A stretch of 64,000 bases of DNA, from NCBI GenBank assembly GCA_051294375.1, contig CM119263.1:2725583-2789582 (forward strand). The letters run 5' to 3'. This stretch comes from Paraspadella gotoi (lineage: Eukaryota; Animalia; Chaetognatha). The position numbers and the translations under genes were made by a program. Below the pieces are notes generated by a model, which worked only from the letters and a program-made list of their open reading frames with translations, ran no database searches and was not told where the DNA came from. Positions 26,901-40,687 of this stretch are shown here, piece after piece (the first letter of the stretch is position 1; each line of letters opens with the position of its first letter).

Positions 26901-27079
26901 GAAGCAGAGGAGAGAGAGAGAGAGAAGCAGAGAGCTATGATACCTCTAGAACAAAACCGTCATCGCCAGTTTTGCGCGCACCGCCGAGGTCTTGGCGTCA
27001 AAATCTCGTCATCCCTCCTTTCCCAGCCAATTCGTACCTCCCCCAAATCTCCCCTCTCTCTCTCTCTCTCTCTTCTCCT

Positions 27080-27124
<45 letters not shown>

Positions 27125-27615
27125 CATCATCTCTCTTTCTGCTCCATCTCTCATCTCTGTAAGGGAAACATACTGTCTCTGGTTTTCTATTTCTGGCGCG
27201 TCCGTGGGATTGCGGCACTAATCTCCTATGTTTTTGGATAGGCGTTGCCGGACGGACGGTCAAATCAATAAACAAGAAAATAGGGAAGAAGAGAGGAGGA
27301 AGAGGAGAGAGAGAGAGAGCAGGAGAGCAGAGACGAAGAAAGAGAGAGAGAGAGAACAGAGAGAGGAGGAAGAGAAGAGAGAACGAAGAGAAGAGGAGAG
27401 AGAGAGAGAGAGAGACATGAGAGAGACAGAGAGAAGAGAAGAAGAGAAGAGAGAGAGAAAACGAGAAGGAGAGAAGAGAGAGAGAAGAGAGGGAGAGAGA
27501 GATGAGAGGAGAAGACATTATAGGATTACGGAACAGGTAGCCACCTCAAAAGGTCAACAGAGAGAAAAGGACAAGAGAAAGAAAAAGCAAAACCTCTCTA
27601 CTCTCTCATCATCTC

Positions 27616-27650
<35 letters not shown>

Positions 27651-27799
27651 TCTCTCTTCCTCCCTCTCTCTCTCTCCTCCTCACCGTCTCGCGTTCAACA
27701 GGCGCCGCTGTCTCTCCATCGTCCATAAGAACTTTAAAACTTATTTCATTTACTCACCCCCCACCGTGGCGCCAGCATCGTCGCCGTCTTCTCACCCGT

Positions 27800-28500
27800 C
27801 AGACATTTTGATCCACTCGCAGTCTTCACCTTCTAATTTCATTCTCTAATTTGGCGCGCTTTTGCACCACACAAATCTTCTGGATTACATTATTAATACA
27901 AATTCATATTCTGAATGGATGGCGACTGAAGGGGTACAGGGCGAGAAGGGCTCAAATATAACGACCCCCTGGGAAAATTCCCACTAACTTCTCATTCGTC
28001 CCGCCAATTAGCTAGTGGTAGGGGGCTGAGAGTGTCGAGGTGGAGGCTTGGCTGGATTATGATGGTCTTTGAGTGCTCTCTTAGGAAAAAGTGTTTGAGC
28101 AGGGAAAGCATAAAAAAAGAAAAACATCGATGAATGAATTTTTAAAAAAATATTTCTAGCTATTATTTTTCTAAAAATTCATTCACGTTTTTTTTTCTTC
28201 CATCGCTTTTTCTATCTTCCCCCCAAACATTTCGCAAAGAACCCTCAAGACCATCATATCCGGCACAAGCCCCCCCCACCCTCAAGCCCCCTACCCACCA
28301 TAGATGGCGGGCCGCATGAGAAGCTTCAGGCGGAATTTAGCAACGCCGAGGGGGTGCGTGCTTATAATATTAGCCTTTCGTCCCCCTCTCCCCACACCAC
28401 CGTGCCGACGCTCGTCTCACTTATCGACTCCGTCACCGACGTTTACGAGTTTCAAGAGACGAACTTTCGCGGCCGAATATTTGAAAAACAAGGGGCGGCG
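27800..28500. other. Noisy fold-back centred near 28155
   Basis: gatgaatgaatttttaaaaaaat versus ctaaaaattcattcacg; tatgatggtctttgag versus ctcaagaccatcata. Confidence 0.65.
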
Positions 28501-30064
28501 CCCCACGGCCGCTTCATGGCGTTTCACGCAACGGGAAGCGAGATACGAGACGCGGTTGGAAAGAGGTAAGAAGGTAGGCAGGCTGTGGGCAATGTAGAAC
28601 GCGCCGGAAAAGTTGGAGAGGAGAGATACACCGTAAACAAATCACCCTGCAAGTCCTGGGACGAATAATTATTCCTTTAATTTACTTAGTAGGGAGCCGC
28701 GCGGCAAAACGCCGATAAGAAGTATAAAAAAACAAGCCGAGATATATCGATTAACAGCATCGATGGTAAATTTGAATTTTAAATGTGTGAGCAAGCGGAC
28801 ATGACCGAGCCTGAACAGAAAAGCGAGACCGAGGAAGCGAATTGGGGGCGCAGCGGCAGTCGGAGAAAAGGCGGGCGGAGAGGAGCAGAGAGTTGGCCGC
28901 AGGACAGTAGAGAAGAAGTGGCAGAGAACCGGGAGGGGTGCAGCGGCGGAGCTGGGCAGCAAAACGGAGCAGAGGAGCCACCGAAGGGGTGGGCGCCGAG
29001 AGCGGCGCTGAGAACTGGCGCCGAGACAGACCTCTTGACAGAACTTTGAAAGCGTATAAGGCCTGGAGTGAAAATTCAAATTTATCAAACTGGTTTCGTG
29101 ACGGTGTTGGTCGTGTCCCGTGGCCGTGAAGGAGAGGAGGGGAGAGAGACGAGAGAGAACGAAGAGAGGAGGAGAAAGACGAGAGATAGAGAGAGAGAGA
29201 GAGCAGAGAGAGAAGAGAGCAGAGAGAGACGAGAAGCAGAAGAAGAGCAGAGAACGAGAGAGGAGAGATTCTTCTCCCGCACCAACCGGGCGGAAATCCC
29301 AGGATGGGCCTATCAGGGCCTTTTTCGGGGTCGAAGGATCATTTCGCCTCACATCGAAATTCCACTTCGTCGCGAGCTCCTTTGTGGAAGATTAAGCTGA
29401 ATATTTGCTGAAGATTCGACGAAAGTTTGGTCGATGATTTGTGTAGAAGATTAGCGGATGTTTCACTGGCGACGTCTCGTCCAAAACGAAATTCGTGCTC
29501 GGACGCAAACGGGATATTGCAAAGCGACGGTGGTAGGCACATTGTCCCCCAAGTAGTGACAGTCGGTTCCCATGGTATGTCGGTTACCCAATAATATTTC
29601 GCGGAGACCGAGCAATCAATATATGGGCCTAATTTATGTGGTGCCCAGATACTGATGTGGACTCAGTATTCCTCTACGGTGGGGCCCAAACTCCTTCGTG
29701 GCCCATCATATATGGCCCAATCATGATATTGGAGCCGCCAATTAATATGCGGGCCAATCCTATGCGGACCATAGGACAGGATGGGTGCAATCCTACTGGG
29801 GCAGACCTACCTACCTATAGCCTGGGCCCATCCTTTGGGCACAATCCTATGTTGCGTTGAGATGTCTATAGGGCGCAACTCCTTAACGTGGGCGCGCAAT
29901 TCGTACTGGGTGCGGAATAGACTATCGTGGGCGGGCTACGGGAGGCCTGAATCTTAATTGGGTGCCAATGTCAGTTACAAGGGCAGCAATCCGAAGGCGC
30001 GCAATAACATCTGGGCGAGCAATGATTTCAGCCGCCAATCCTTACGTGGATTACAATCCTTAAT

Positions 30065-31457
30065 GGAAATAGAAAAAAAGATAAACAAAAACAAAACGTT
30101 AAAGAAAGAAACGAAAGAAAAAGAAAAAGAAAATGAAAAGAAAAGAAAAAGAAAAGAAAAGAAAAGGAAAAGAAAAGAAAGACACAAGAGAAAGATAAAG
30201 AAAGAGCAAAAGATGGAACGAAAGAAAAGAACGAAAAGAAAAGAAAGAAAAGAAAGAAAAAAGAAAAGTAAAAGAAGAAAGAAAGAGAAAAAAAAAGAAA
30301 AGAAAGAAAAGAAAGAAGAAAAGAAAAGACAAAAGAAAAAAAAGAAAGAAGAGGAAAAGAGAAGAAAAGAAAAGGAAGAGAAGAAAAAAAGAAAAAGGAA
30401 AGCCAAAGAAAGAAAAAAAAATAAGAAAAAAGAACAAAAAAGAAAGAAAGAAAGAATTAGAGAAAATAAGAAAAGTAAAGAAGGAAAGAAAGGAAAAGAG
30501 AAAGAAAAAGAAAAGAAAAAAAAAGCAAAAGAAAAGAAAAGAAAAGAAAAGAAAAAAGAAAGGAACGAAAGAAAAGAAAAGAATAAGAAAAAAGAAAAAG
30601 AAAGAAGAAAGAAAAGAAAAGAAAAGAAAAGAAAGGAAAGAAAAGAAAAAAATAGAAAAGAAAAGGAAAAGAAAGAAAAAAAAGTAAAGACAAAAGACAA
30701 AAGAAAAAGAAAAAAGAAGAGAAAAGAAAAGAAAAGAAAAGAAAAGAAAAGAAGAAAAGAAAAGAAAAAAAAGAACGGAAAAGAAAAAAATAAAAGAAAA
30801 GAAAGAAAGAAAAGAAAAGAAAGAAAGAAAGAAAAAGAAAGAAAAGAGAAAGAAAAGAAAAGAAAAGAAAAGAAAAGAAAGAAAAAGACAAGAAAAGGAA
30901 AAAGAAAAGTAAAGAAAGAAAAAAAAAGTAAAGAGGAAAATGAAAAGCAAAAGAAAAAAATGAAACACAAAAAGAAAAGAAAAGACAAGAAAAGAAAAGA
31001 AATTGAAAAGAAAATTAGAAAGAGAAAAGAAAAGAAAAGAAAAGAAAAAAAAAAAAGAAAGAAAGGATAAAAAGAAAAGAGAAGAGTGAAAGAAAAGTAA
31101 GAAACAGGAAAAAAAGAAAAGAAAAGAAAGTAAAGAAAAGGAAGAAAAAGGAAAAGAAAGAAAAGAAAAGAAAGAAAGAAAGCAAAAGAAAAAAAAGAAA
31201 AGAAAAGAAAGAAAAGAAAGAAAAGAAAAGAAAAAAAAGAGAGGAAAAGAAAAGAAAAGAAAAGAAAACAAGGAAGACGACAACGAAACGAAAACGAAAA
31301 GAAAAGAAAAGGAAAAAAAAAGAAGAAAAGACAAAAAATAAAAGAAAAGAAAGAAAGGAAAAGAAAAGAAAAGAAAGAAAGGAAAAGAAAAGAAAATAAA
31401 AGAAAAGAACAAGAAAAAGGAAAAGAAAAGAAAAGAAAAGAAAAGAAAAGAAAAGAA
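30065..31457. repeat. 1.4-kb (AAAAG)n-like polypurine array
   Basis: Direct reading; source of the spurious 370-566 aa K/E/R- and F/L/S-rich ORFs. Confidence 0.9.
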
Positions 31458-31869
31458 GTTGAAGTTCGTGCGGGAAGAAAGAAAAAGCGAAACGGGTGCT
31501 GGCGGCTCTGCCGGTGCTGCCGCTGTCGGCGGTGCCGCTGAGCTCGAGTTGGCAAACATTCGAGAACGACTGACGATAAATCAATAAATGGCGGGAAAGT
31601 CGGTTTCACGGAAGATAAGTCAATAACCAGGGTAACTCGCGGGCGGTAGAAGAGATAAACAAGACGACTGGTCAAAACAAAATAGTGAGGTTCACGGGAG
31701 TTAAAGAGAGAATTTCACTTGGTTTTTTGTTTTTTTTTAACAAGGTCCAGTGATTTACATGCAGTAGGTTAATTTGAGTTTAACTTTGTTCAAATTTTTG
31801 CATTGTTCGTAAGAAATTTAGGAAATTGCAGAAATAAACAAAAGCGTCTAAACGGAGATGAAAAATTTA

Positions 31870-32010
31870 CCTTATTTTCCAAAACGCCCCATTTCACACT
31901 AAATTTGGCTTTATGGTTAGGGATTAAGGTTTAAAAATATGTTTAGGGATTAAGGTTTAAAAATATGTTTAGGGAAATATTAAGGTTGAAAATAAATTTG
32001 GGGATAAACG
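31870..32010. mobile_element. Partial MITE, same family
   Basis: ccttattttccaaaacgccccatttc followed by ggttagggattaagg units; no clear right TIR. Confidence 0.5.
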
Positions 32011-32192
32011 AACAGAAAGGGAAAAAAGGAAAAAGGAAAAAACTAAAAAAGGTAAAAGGAAAAAGAAAAAAGTGAAGAAGGAAAATGATGGAAAAAAAAA
32101 GAGTCATAAATAGGAATTGGTCATTTCCTTGGAATGAAGAGGACGGGAGACGCCGATAACATGAATTCGCGAATGGGAAAGAAAAGAAAAAT

Positions 32193-32286
<94 letters not shown>

Positions 32287-32397
32287 GAAAGAAAATGGAG
32301 AGAAGATAGAGAAGGCGAAGAAAGGAAATTGGAAATCGAATAAGAAACGAGTCGGTGAAAGAAAGACAGAGAGAGAGAGAGAGAGAGGGAGAGGGAG

Positions 32398-32428
<31 letters not shown>

Positions 32429-33342
32429 GAGAGTTCAATTAATAATATCTACAATGGAGAGAAAGAAAGAATTGAGAGATCTCAGGGTCAGACTGAGTCT
32501 CGCCAGGTGGAATTGAATCGGGAGTTAATGGCGCCATGAGCAAATGTCAAATGTTGAGGTAACGGCGCCATTCACAAAATCAAATGGCGGAGAAATGGGC
32601 GTTATGAGATCAATTAAATGGCATCATGAAGTCAATTAAATGGCATCATGAGGTCAATTAAATGGCAGATAAAAGGCGTCAGGACTAATGGCATAAATGA
32701 TTGAAGTTTTTTTTCTAATTGTCATTTTTCAATATAAAAAATATATATCGTACAGAATTTATACATGATATATATGCCTTGAGACTTGAGGCTAAAATTT
32801 CCCCTTCTAGGGAAAATTTATATTTATGACGATGTTTATAAAAAAAAAAGAACCATTTTATTTTCCCAGTATCGACGATTCGGCTTTTCCCAGCAGACGA
32901 TTTATGTAAAAGCGAAAAGGGGAAAAAAAAATCCAAAATGACAAATCTCTAAGCCAAATACCAGAATGATGGGACATCAGCCAAAGAGTCCCGATGCCAA
33001 GATAATGGCACCAGGGGGCAAATGTCGAATCGGTTTCCGTCGCCAAATGGGAAAAGGTCCTTCTTATCGCATCATCGCCGCCGAGAAATTCCGCCGAGAA
33101 ATTCCGCCTCCGGAAAAAAAGAAAACCGGGAAACGAGAATAGAAAACGACAATGAGAGACTTAGCATCGAGAGATTCCAGTTGCTGTTGCTGTGGTCTCT
33201 ATCCGCAGCAAAAAGGAACGAGTGTGTGTTGCGCCGCAGTGACCCTTTAATGCGTATGATACATATTCACATTAAAGGTTTTTTTAATACCTCACTTTCA
33301 TAACAAATCTGAATTAAATTGATGAAGTATTACCCGACTTAT

Positions 33343-33437
33343 GAGCATTTTTTAATGTAAATGGGACAGACCGACGGTCCGACCAAAAAGTGACTTATGG
33401 AGTTGCTCCGCGAGTACTCGCGGTCGCTACTAAAAAA
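33343..33437 (-). mobile_element. 5' fragment of the HINE-like family
   Basis: TTTTTAGTAGCGA, palindrome CCGCGAGTACTCGCGG, GCAACTCCATAAGTCACTTTT, then a GTCG tract. Confidence 0.6.
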
Positions 33438-34640
33438 ACAGAATGAGGCGAGACCTATCTTCGAATTTTGAACGCAATCGGAATCGTCGTAGTTAAACGA
33501 CGGAGAACGTTTTAACGGAACCGGAAATTGCAAAAGAAACTGCGAACCAACTGGCACCGGAAATGGCATCGTGAACGTCATTGGCGACGCCTCTTTCGAT
33601 GCCACGACGTTATTGGAGACGCCACATACTGTAAAGGATGCCACTCGATTCGCCATCTTTGATTCGAAAGAGAAAATGCGACGTTCGTTCACAAACGTGA
33701 GAAGCTTAATGACGAAGAGACAGAGATGGAGATTTGTGAATGGGATGGGAAGAGGGCGAGGGATGGAGACCGGCAAGATGATGCAGATGGGGATGGTGTT
33801 GGGGGAAGAAGATGGGGTTGGTTACAGATAAATAGAGTTTATACAATAAGTAATAATAAAGCGTCGGAGGTGACAATTATCAAATTACTAATCCTTTTAT
33901 AAATAAAAGTGACGGAGTCTGGTCAATAAGTTTATGACTCGAACCAATCGCGAGTAATAAACTAATACTTTTTAAAATTAAATGACGAAACAAGTTAATA
34001 TCAGTCAACTCCTTCTATTTTAATGCTAGTGTTTATGTTTTTAATGAATGAATAGATTTTAATTGGTTGTACCAAAATTACTTTCAATTGTTTCCACAAC
34101 ACAATCGATCCGCTAACGAAGCCTTTGTCCACTTCACTCCCTCTCCTTCTCCCCCTGCTCCTCTCCCTCCCTCTCCTTCCCTCCCTCTCCCTCTCTCCTC
34201 CCTCTCTCTCTCTCTCTCCCTCTATTCCCCCTCTACGTCACTAATCCGCTCACGTAATCGATTTTCTGCTTGATTGAGGACTTGATGCTTGGAAACCGGC
34301 GAAAAAAGAAAGCTTGTTTCTTTTTTTTTTTTTTTTTTTCTATTTCATTTATATTTTTGGCTTTTTTTGGTTCTTTCTTTCTTTTCGCCGCCCACCTCCG
34401 TCCGCCACTTTCTCCGCCCCCCCCGCTGACCCACCGCCTTCGATTGCAATTTCCGCCGCCATCTTGATTTTGGCGCGAATTGAATTCCGTTATTCGGTCT
34501 GTTTTTTGTTTTCAGGTCAACGCCCCCCCCTTCCACACCCTCTGTCCCCCCACCCTTTCCTTGACTACAAGTTGAGATGAATATAATCTACGGATTTAGA
34601 AATAAACATAAATACGATGATGGGACGTCGTCGTCTTCGT

Positions 34641-34955
34641 CGTCGGTCTGTCGGTCGGTCGGTACGTCGGTATGTCTGTCCGTCGGTCGGTCCCTATAGT
34701 TGGTTGCTATTTTCTTAAGACAGAAAAAAACCTCAAATATGAGGGACTGTAAACGCCGCCTTCAGGAAATCCTAAAATAGAATAAAGGACGGAATTTTGA
34801 TGCGGTGCATGTCATAATTACACGGGCTAAGAAAGTTATTGTAGTCATGTTATGTCACGTCATGTCATGTCACGCCATGTTATGTCATGTCACGAGAAAT
34901 ATACGTGATAATGCAGTCACTGTGGCGCAACACATTTGAATTACCGTTCTTGTTT
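34641..34955 (+). mobile_element. HINE-like element, 5'-truncated
   Basis: (GTCG)n tract, core ctatagttggttgct...cgccgccttcaggaaatcctaaaat, (CATGT)n, and end gtcactgtggcgcaac...accgttcttgtt. Confidence 0.65.
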
Positions 34956-35183
34956 CTTTTATCTTTTACCCTATTCTTTATTTCTTTTCTTTTCTTTTCT
35001 TTTCTTTTCTTTTCTTTTCTTTTCTTTTCTTTTCTTTTCTTTTCTTTTCTTTTCTTTTCCTTTCTTATTTTTCTTTTACCCTCCTTTCTTTTCCGAGACC
35101 GCTCCCATCATCTGTTTTGATTTATTCAGGTCCACGCGCCTCCACCGCCATCCAGCGATACGGCCAGAAAAATCAAACTCTCT

Positions 35184-35247
<64 letters not shown>

Positions 35248-35516
35248 ACGGACAGATTTTGACGTCACCGTTGTCGACCGCAAACGACGTTATAATGGCC
35301 AATATATTTCTGGCATCGAATAAAGACGTCGGGTGGCAAAAAAATTCATCTAAAATGAAAAAAATGAACATACAAATGATGTGAATGACGTTTTACAGTA
35401 GTAAGGGTATATTGATTTGGCCGTAGGTAACAAAAAGAATGTTTTCAAATTTGGAAAACATTTATTTTATTTAATTGACTAGTAAATGAGAAAATATGTT
35501 TATATTTTTCTTGGTT

Positions 35517-35556
<40 letters not shown>

Positions 35557-35568
35557 GCTTTCTTTTTT

Positions 35569-35656
<88 letters not shown>

Positions 35657-37043
35657 TTGCAACGCCAGTGGCAACGTCTCGTCTGACTACAGTTGACGAA
35701 ACGTTGACTGATAAGACAGAGCAGACAGAGGGGTATATCTGGCGACGTCTGAAAACGGCCCGCGAGAAAACCGAAAGAGCCCGTTTGCAAAATTCCACAA
35801 ATGAATACGAAGAAGGCGAGAAACAATATGATGGAACGAGAAATGCGAAAGAGAGAGGCGTAGGGCAAAGGAAAAAGGACGAGAGAGCAACTAAGCCAGA
35901 CCCGGACAACCGGAAAAGCGATACACAATGCGCAAAGAAAAAGAAGGAGGAAAGGAAAGGAGAGGAAATGGCCAACTGCGAGAAAGCAATAGCAAATTAA
36001 AGAACAAGCAGCTATTTAGAACAATTAGTAGCGTAAGCGAATGTGCCACATAAGCAAAGAAAGTTAAGAATGAAGAAGTGAATTTAAGCAGGGAAAATAA
36101 AAAAAAAAAAAATAAGACAAGAAATAGAAATAATATTAAATGTGAAATTGATTTTAATTTCGACTTCGAGACTTGGTTTTAGATTCAAATATCGCCGAGA
36201 ATCCCGACTTCTCTGTGTAGTGTACTAGTGACTGCATCCCTTCAAAGAATCAAGATCTACGATGGCGCCCTCTAATTCCGATGTGCGAAACAAATTGCCA
36301 CATCCGAACGGGGATCAGAATCCGGTGATTCGCGGATAATACGGGCAATCCATCCATGCCGGGAAGCAAAATCCTAAGGGCATTCAACGTTCACGGGGAT
36401 TCTTTCTCCTTCCTCTTTAATCTTGGGTTATTTCTCTACTAAAAGATAAAAAAGATTCACGATTTGCACGGAAAAAGTAGAGAATGGCGAAGAATGGCCG
36501 AGAATGGGAGAACGGCGAAATACAGATTTGGAGAATTTGCGTTTAGGATTATTGCAAACTGGACCCGGAGAACTGAAGCAAGTGAAATGGAGAATTAACA
36601 CTACACACTACACAGACATGCACAATGACAACCGGAGAATGATGAATGGGAATATTGAGAACGAGCATTGGAGAGAATGAAGAAGGGAAGGTAAGCGGGA
36701 AGGAGTGGAAAATGAGAGAAAACGCGAAGAATAGAATAGGAGCAATGGGTGAGAATGGGAAAAGGGTTTCATACGGACTAGAATGGATAACTGCGGAAGG
36801 GGCGCGCTCGGACATAATGAGAGAACGGAAGCGACTATAGAATAGGAGAATGAGAATGAAACTTCGATCCCCAATCAACAAAATGTGAAACGCAGTTGTA
36901 AGAATAAAGAATTGAAAGAAATATACAAAATATGAAATACAAAATAGAAAAAAAACTATGCACTAAAAAATGCCATTCTCTCTCTCTTCTCGGCTCTCTC
37001 GGTCTCAATCTCTTCTCTCTCTCTCTCTCTCGCTCTCTCTCTT

Positions 37044-37076
<33 letters not shown>

Positions 37077-38179
37077 ACAGCCGAGAGCNNNNNNNNNNNN
37101 NNNNNNNNNNNNNGGAATAAAAAAAGATTTATCGACTAGAAATAAATAATAATGATTATTCAAGATTAATTAACTAACTCAATATTAACAGTACAATGCA
37201 CAGTTTGTCTATCGAACGATGTAACTGTGAGTTATAATTGGTAAGGCCAATGGTAAGTAATGTCAAGTTCGTCAAATGCGATAATGAAACAGAAGAATCT
37301 GGAATTTTGCAGTTTTCATTCGTAAATGATATTTGCAGTTGCCATACGCTATTGCCATTCGCAAGTGCCATTCGCAGTTGCCATTCTCAGTTGCCATGGC
37401 GACCCATGGTCGTGGAGACGAATTTAGGACGACGTCGACGATTTCTCTATTAATAATTAAGGATGACGTCGACGATTTCTCTTGACCAAAGAAAACTTTT
37501 CTTTGTTAACTTTAATTAGACAATTTCATATCGTACCATACATATTACATGTATCTATATTCTATAACTAAATGCCGAAGGCTTCAGTTCATTAAATTTT
37601 AACAAACCATCAACTCAACAAATATTTAACAGATTAACAACAAAAAGTTTCAATGAAGCACCCATTTCAGCGAACAATCTTAAATAAAATTAAGTTATCG
37701 TTTAAAAGAAAACTTTTTAACTCTACCAAAACTTTCCCCGGCCATTTCCCCCGCCCCCCAGAGCACCTCGGACCAAAGAGGAAACCCTTAGCCGCCAATA
37801 AAAAAGCCGGTTCTTCCACGGAGAGGCGCAACGACTTAATTTATCCCTTTCGTCCCGAAAACCGTCGCCTCGTCCGGGATAAATAACTCACTCCGCTTCA
37901 AACGATCGATGCGAGAATAAAGAGACTTCTGTCTCTCAAAACGATTTCAACTTGGAGAGTTAGTATTTATTAATGAGAAGTTTATTGTTAAAATATACAT
38001 AATATTATTATCACATTTAAAAAATTCAAAAGTTATAACCAAAGAAAAGAGTTATATATATATAAACGAAAGAGGCAAAGAATTTCTCTGTTATTGTGTA
38101 GCGATGACATCGTCATTTATGGTTTAGTGACGTGAACGCCATCTTCTCATCACGCACGCCTCGTAAAAGATGTCCACGC

Positions 38180-38215
<36 letters not shown>

Positions 38216-38249
38216 CCGCACGTTTCACTTCTCTCCTCAACTACATATC

Positions 38250-38575
38250 ATCCCGATAGCAATCGAAGGGCATCCAGATGGCAATCGAATGGCATCATTA
38301 TAGCAATCGAATGGCATCCCGATGGCAATCAAATGGCATCCTTTATATCCCGATACCAATCGAATGGCATCCAGATGGTAATTGAATGGCATCCCTTTGG
38401 CAATCGAATGGCATCATTATGGCAATCGAATGGCATCCCCATGACAATCAAACGGCGTCTCCTTGGCAATCAAATTACATCATGATAGCAATCGAATGGG
38501 ATCCCGATGAAAATCGAATGGCACCTCGATGGCAATCGAATGGCACCTCAATGGCAATCGTATGGCATCCTAATG
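38250..38575. repeat. 22-bp minisatellite (atggcaatcgaatggcatcccg)
   Basis: More than ten tandem units. Confidence 0.85.
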
Positions 38576-38786
38576 GTGAGCACCAAGAGCCCGGGCGTTG
38601 CCCTCGCCCTCCTTTCCCCCCCTTAAGTCAGTTGATGATCTTTGGTGAAAATAGTTCCATGTCGTTTGCCTGTTATTGCTGGATTTATATTGCTTGCTAG
38701 CTAGTTTTGCATTCCAGTTGGTTTGCTTGCTTGTTGTTTCGATTTCTTTCTTTCAATTCCTTATTTAAATTCTTTCTCTCTTTCTC

Positions 38787-38909
<123 letters not shown>

Positions 38910-40012
38910 CTCTTTCTTTCTTTCTCTTTTCTTTCCATCTTTCCCTATATCCATCACTGATCATAAACAAATCCTTTGGCGCCAGAATTTCTCAGAAATG
39001 CCCGCCTAACTCCATCTGCCTCGTTTCGTCTCAACCTCTTTTCCTTCCTAAACTCAGACTCGTAGGTTGAGACTCTATGAGACTCTTAGTTATCGGTCCG
39101 TCGGTCCGTCCGTCCGTCCGTCCGTCCGTCGAACTGTCCCACTTTGAAAATTCATGAATTGAATTACTGATCATATAAGTTCAAACTTTGCAGGATATCA
39201 ACAAAAACTTCGCAGACAGTTAATGTTAATAAATGCCACCATGTACCGATATTTACGTAGTATAGTGAGTAAAAATTAAAACATTTTGTAAAATTTCAAA
39301 AAAAAGAACTTTTAAATTTTAGATTATTGAATTCGTGAATTTCTATTTAAAATTATTTCAATTTTTAATTTTCAGACACAAAGGAGTTCAGTCACTTTTT
39401 AGTCCTTCGTTCATACGCTCTTGATCATGATACATAGTCAATAACTGGCTATTTATTATACTAAGTACGTAATCGATGTTATTTTCACGTTAAATAATCT
39501 TACCTTTTATTTAATTAATTGCGCGTTGCACAGAAAATAATTTATTTTAGCTTTGAATATTTTTATATTTTATTTATTGTCATTATTTTTTAAACTCTTC
39601 TAGTATAATTTTTTAATTTTCCGAGGGTGATAAATAGTCTAGGCTATAAGGTAATCAACTGGTAAGAAATTTCCTCAGTTTTAGGACATAAAGAAATAAA
39701 TATAAAATAATTAATATCGAATTGAAAATTAAAAAGATCGTAAGTGATGTTTTTTCATGAAATCGCAATTCTTAACACTCTCGACTCTTTTTCAGCAGTC
39801 CTTTCAAAGGATTCCCGCTAATGACTTCTTCTCGAGTTCATATCTGCGATTCCTCCGATCTTGGGCTCGAGACGCTGGCGTTCCCGCCAGACTGCGTGAC
39901 TTGGGACTCCTGACTTCCGTACTGCTGGACTTGAAAAACAAAGCTGGTAGATTTTAAATTTTAGTGAAACTGGCGAACTTAGTAACTTGGTTTTAAAATT
40001 TAAAGGGAGTGT

Positions 40013-40054
<42 letters not shown>

Positions 40055-40238
40055 AGAGAGAGAGAGAGAGGAGAGAAGAGAGGAGAGAGGATTAAATCCC
40101 GCAGTCGCAGCATAAATCTTTTCGCTCATCCTCGCGAGGAGGGCAGGAAGAGACTCAAAAAATCTAGTTTTTTTTTTCATTGATGGAACCAAAAATATTT
40201 TTTGTGACGATTTTAAATTTTTTTTTATTTTGAGTGAG

Positions 40239-40284
<46 letters not shown>

Positions 40285-40291
40285 GAGCGAG

Positions 40292-40339
<48 letters not shown>

Positions 40340-40637
40340 TAGAGAGAAGAGAGAGGAAAGAGAAAAAAGTTTTTTTCGGCTCCAACTCGTCTTCCAATGG
40401 ACACCATTGGGCCATATGGGCGACAGAAGTTGGAATTGTAGAAGAAACGATTTTTTCTTGTGAAAAAAAGAAAAGTAGATGGAGAGAGAGAGAGAGAGAA
40501 GAGCAGGAGAGAGAGAGAGAGAGAGAGAGAGAAGAGAGAAGAGAGATGGGAGATTTAAAGGATAGGAGAGAAAAACTCGATGAGTAGAAACTTTCTTTCC
40601 CCTTTTTAGGGAGGAACTAAAAACAAAAGAATGAGCG

Positions 40638-40687
<50 letters not shown>

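Noticed and set aside
25894-31675. Long ORFs (261-566 aa) rich in F/L/S or K/E/R, and similar ORFs throughout the window
   Set aside because: They are translations of (AG)n, (AAAG)n and (AAAAG)n tracts that lack stop codons in several frames; no protein features.
33339-33831. ORFs with non-repetitive composition (MANRVASFTVCG... and the opposite-strand ORF)
   Set aside because: No recognisable family or convincing splice sites; the minus ORF runs into a HINE fragment. Cannot be excluded without RNA-seq.
35668-36000. 110-aa charged ORF
   Set aside because: Purine-rich sequence next to a microsatellite and upstream of a 25-N gap, probably noisy gap-fill; no motif.
39797-39947. Possible plus-strand exon (QSFQRIP...WARDAGVPARLRDLG...)
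   Set aside because: Acceptor and donor are plausible, but there are no partner exons or recognisable domain; insufficient evidence.
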